Below, piece by piece: positions 21,812-24,000 of a stretch of 24,000 bases of DNA. The position numbers were made by a program, and so were the translations under genes. Origin of the DNA: Candidatus Micrarchaeota archaeon (GTDB lineage: Archaea; Micrarchaeota; Micrarchaeia; Norongarragalinales; JBBILJ01); contig JBBILJ010000001.1 in NCBI GenBank assembly GCA_037444945.1, forward strand, positions 28,684 to 52,683, in the 5' to 3' direction. The first letter of the stretch is position 1; the number at the start of each line of letters is the position of its first letter. A model generated the notes under the pieces. That model was not told the origin of the DNA. It did not search any database and saw only the letters and a list, made by a program, of their open reading frames with translations.

Positions 21812-23059
21812 GTGAAACTCAGCGAGCATATCGATTACGCGTTCAACAGTCTGCGCTACCGCAGCCTCCGCAGCTGGCTCACTATCTTGGGCATCGTGAT
21901 TGGGATTGCGAGCATCGTCATCCTTATCTCCCTCGCTCAAGGCCTCGACACCAGTATCCGCGACCAACTCAAAGTCTACGGCTCCAACTACCTCGCCGTC
22001 ATACCTGGCCAAGTCGGCGGCGCAAGCGGGTACGCCTCCCTCTCATCCTTCGCTTTTCAAGGCGCCCTTTACGACTCCGACGTGGCGGAAGTGCGCCGCG
22101 TCCCCGGCATCAAGAGCGCGGGCGGCGTCGTCGCTATTCTAGACGGGCACTTGTCGTACCGCGGGCAGCCCGCCTCGCAAATGATTTCGGGTGTCGACCC
22201 TGGCGTTTACGCCGACTTTTTGGCGAGCAGCACTGCGAAACTTCAGTCCGGCCGCTGGCTCAAGAACTCAGACCGCGGCAAAATCGTGATCGGCGACACC
22301 GTCGCGAAGACGCGCTTCAAGACGCGCAAGAACAGCAACGAGGTGCGCCTCAACGACATCATCACCATCAACGGCCGCGACTTCCGTGTCGTCGGTATCT
22401 TCGCCAAAGTCGGCTCCTTCATCGCCTCCACCGACTTCGACGAAGCCATCTACATGAATATCGAGGACGCGCGCGACATCTCCGGCGCGACGGGAGCCGA
22501 CCGCCAACGCGTGTACAGTATTTTCGCCGTCACGGAAAACGGCGTCGACCCCCGCACCGTCGCCGACGACATCAAGCTCCGCCTCGCGAACAAACGCCAC
22601 GTCCCCCTCGACGACCTCGATTTTTCCATCTTCACGGCGGACCAAATACTTAATCTCGTCGGCTCTATTACTAGCATCCTCGCTCTCTTCATGGCGGGCG
22701 TCGCCGCCATCTCGCTGCTCGTAGGCGGCATGGGGGTCGCGAACTCAATGTTCACTTCCGTGCTTGAGCGGACGCGCGAAATCGGCATCCTCAAGAGCGT
22801 TGGGGCGAGTAACGCCGACATCCAGAACATCTTCCTCTTCGAGAGCGGCATTATCGGCGCCGTCGGCGGTATTATCGGCGCCGTAACCGGCTGGCTCTTC
22901 GCCGCCATCTTCTCCGCCTTCGGCATCCCTACCACGGTCAGCCCCGAACTCCTCCTCTTTGCCGTTGCGTTCTCCTTCGCCGTCGGCATGGTGAGCGGGT
23001 ACTTCCCTGCCCGCAATGCCGCTCGCCTTCAACCCGTTGAAGCCCTTCGCTACGAGTAA
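21812..23059 (+). CDS. MacB-type ABC permease 2 (paralog; alternative GTG start 21704)
   Basis: Same architecture as permease 1: LRYRSLRSWLTILGIVIGIASIVILISLAQG ... ERTREIGILKSVGA ... FPARNAARLQPVEALRYE. Start chosen by alignment to the paralog. The ORF is open from 21704. Confidence 0.85.
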   Translation: MKLSEHIDYAFNSLRYRSLRSWLTILGIVIGIASIVILISLAQGLDTSIRDQLKVYGSNYLAVIPGQVGGASGYASLSSFAFQGALYDSDVAEVRRVPGIKSAGGVVAILDGHLSYRGQPASQMISGVDPGVYADFLASSTAKLQSGRWLKNSDRGKIVIGDTVAKTRFKTRKNSNEVRLNDIITINGRDFRVVGIFAKVGSFIASTDFDEAIYMNIEDARDISGATGADRQRVYSIFAVTENGVDPRTVADDIKLRLANKRHVPLDDLDFSIFTADQILNLVGSITSILALFMAGVAAISLLVGGMGVANSMFTSVLERTREIGILKSVGASNADIQNIFLFESGIIGAVGGIIGAVTGWLFAAIFSAFGIPTTVSPELLLFAVAFSFAVGMVSGYFPARNAARLQPVEALRYE

Positions 23060-23083
23060 CCCGTTTGAGCGCGTTTCGAGCTC

Positions 23084-23818
23084 ATGCCTTCCAACCCTTC
23101 CCGTGCTTTTCTCGCGCCGTTTCGCGCCGAACTGCGCGCTGCCGCTAACGCCAAGCACCGCCAAGGGGTTCTGAATTACTTCAAGGAACCGGTCCATCCC
23201 CTCGGCGTGCCGCTCCCCCGCGTCCAACTCATCGCGCGCAGTCTTTATGCCGCCTCGAAGTCGTTCTCCATTGACGACGTTCTCTCTCTCGCCGAACAAC
23301 TCGTCTCAACTCGAATTCACGAAGAAGGCTTGCTGGGGTTGTTCTGGGTGCAGAAACGCGGGCACCAACTTGACGTACGGCATTTTCGAGTTCTCGAGCG
23401 GTGGTTCAAAAAATTCGTGCACAACTGGGCGTGGGACGACACGCTCTGCGGCAACATTCTTGGCCCGCTGCTCTGCCGCAAACCCGGGTTGTTGCCTCGC
23501 GTGTACGCGTGGCGAGCCTCGAAAAACCGGTGGGTGCGTCGCGCCTCCGCCGTCGCCCTCGTTGTCCCCGTCCGCCGAGGGCTTTACTTAAAACAAGCCT
23601 TACAAACCGCGCACGCACTCGCGCAAGACGAGGATGACATGGTGCGCAAAGGCGTCGGTTGGCTCCTCAAAGACGCGAGCATTCGCTATCCGGAAGATGT
23701 GAAACGCTTTTTGCGCCGTCACCCGCGTCTGCCGCGCTTGGTGGTGCGCCTCGCGTGCGAACGCTTGAGCCCCCGCGAGCGCGCCGAATTCTTCCCGCGA
23801 ACAAAATCAGGGCCTTAA
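23084..23818 (+). CDS. DNA alkylation repair protein (AlkD/AlkC-like HEAT-repeat family)
   Basis: W..S.NRWVRRASAVAL...D.DDMVRKGVGWLLKDAS..YPEDVKRFL is characteristic of the DNA_alkylation family. ~240 aa helical repeat protein. Confidence 0.7.
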   Translation: MPSNPSRAFLAPFRAELRAAANAKHRQGVLNYFKEPVHPLGVPLPRVQLIARSLYAASKSFSIDDVLSLAEQLVSTRIHEEGLLGLFWVQKRGHQLDVRHFRVLERWFKKFVHNWAWDDTLCGNILGPLLCRKPGLLPRVYAWRASKNRWVRRASAVALVVPVRRGLYLKQALQTAHALAQDEDDMVRKGVGWLLKDASIRYPEDVKRFLRRHPRLPRLVVRLACERLSPRERAEFFPRTKSGP

Positions 23819-24000
23819 GCGGACGGCAGCACGTGAAGCGGGATAACGCCCTTATCGAACTCTTGCAGCGCCAAGTCGACCGCGTTAATCGTCTCAATAC
23901 TTTTGAGCAACGGCGGGGCGCCGAGGGCGAGCTGCAGGGCGCGCGCGCCGATAAGGCGCGCTTTCTCGTATTTAGTGAGAACGATTTCTTTCTTCGTCAT
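23815..24000 (-). CDS. rpoK: DNA-directed RNA polymerase subunit K (Rpo6)
   Basis: LTKYEKARLIGARALQLALGAPPLL is the Rpo6/omega signature. Complete 61-aa ORF whose ATG is the last codon position of the window. 4-nt convergent stop overlap with the AlkD-like gene (TTAA at 23815-23818). Confidence 0.9.
   Translation of the reverse strand: MTKKEIVLTKYEKARLIGARALQLALGAPPLLKSIETINAVDLALQEFDKGVIPLHVLPSA

Noticed and set aside
1-24000. CRISPR arrays, transposases/integrases, terminal inverted repeats, prophage or plasmid genes, toxin-antitoxin pairs, C/D-box sRNAs (TGATGA ... CTGA) in intergenic regions.
   Set aside because: I found no regularly spaced direct repeats, no recombinase-like ORF, and no C-box in any intergenic spacer. 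TGATGA occurs only inside coding sequences (about 9699 and 13095). The window looks like core chromosome rather than a mobile island.

Overview
Visibly GC-rich archaeal chromosomal segment (exact GC not computed). The archaeal assignment rests on archaea-type genes: rpl21e, RNA polymerase subunits F/Rpo4 and K/Rpo6, DUF655, DUF63, aTrm5 and a TBP-fold protein. It is also supported by A/T-rich TATA boxes about 21-27 nt upstream of several start codons (leaderless style) and GGTG/GAGGTG Shine-Dalgarno motifs inside operons. I call about 33 protein genes, one stand-alone 5S rRNA and two gene remnants. I see no CRISPR array, transposase, integrase or canonical tRNA. Housekeeping blocks are pyrB-pyrI, DUF63, trm5, the conserved rpl21e-rpoF-DUF655-ksgA cluster, an ICMT-family methyltransferase, a PRC-barrel protein, an AlkD-like repair protein and rpoK. 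The regions most worth a second look are listed here. (1) 51-4183 is a tightly coupled five-gene cassette: two paralogous 2-TM proteins, two paralogous proteins with only the phosphohistidine swivel domain of PEP-utilising enzymes fused to an unrecognised ~400-aa N-terminal region, and a mini membrane protein. (2) 9854-10450 holds precise head-to-head C-terminal remnants of kbl and tdh. (3) 10505-10807 is a 100-aa single-repeat TBP-fold gene with its own promoter and terminator. (4) 17513-23059 is a PadR-controlled MacB-type ABC module with a four-repeat CARDB-like anchored surface protein, two divergent permeases, and two palindromic operators next to the TATA box. (5) One TATA element is shared by an orphan 5S rRNA gene and a divergent pseudo-receiver gene. 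All functional calls come from motif recognition by eye, and no database search was run.
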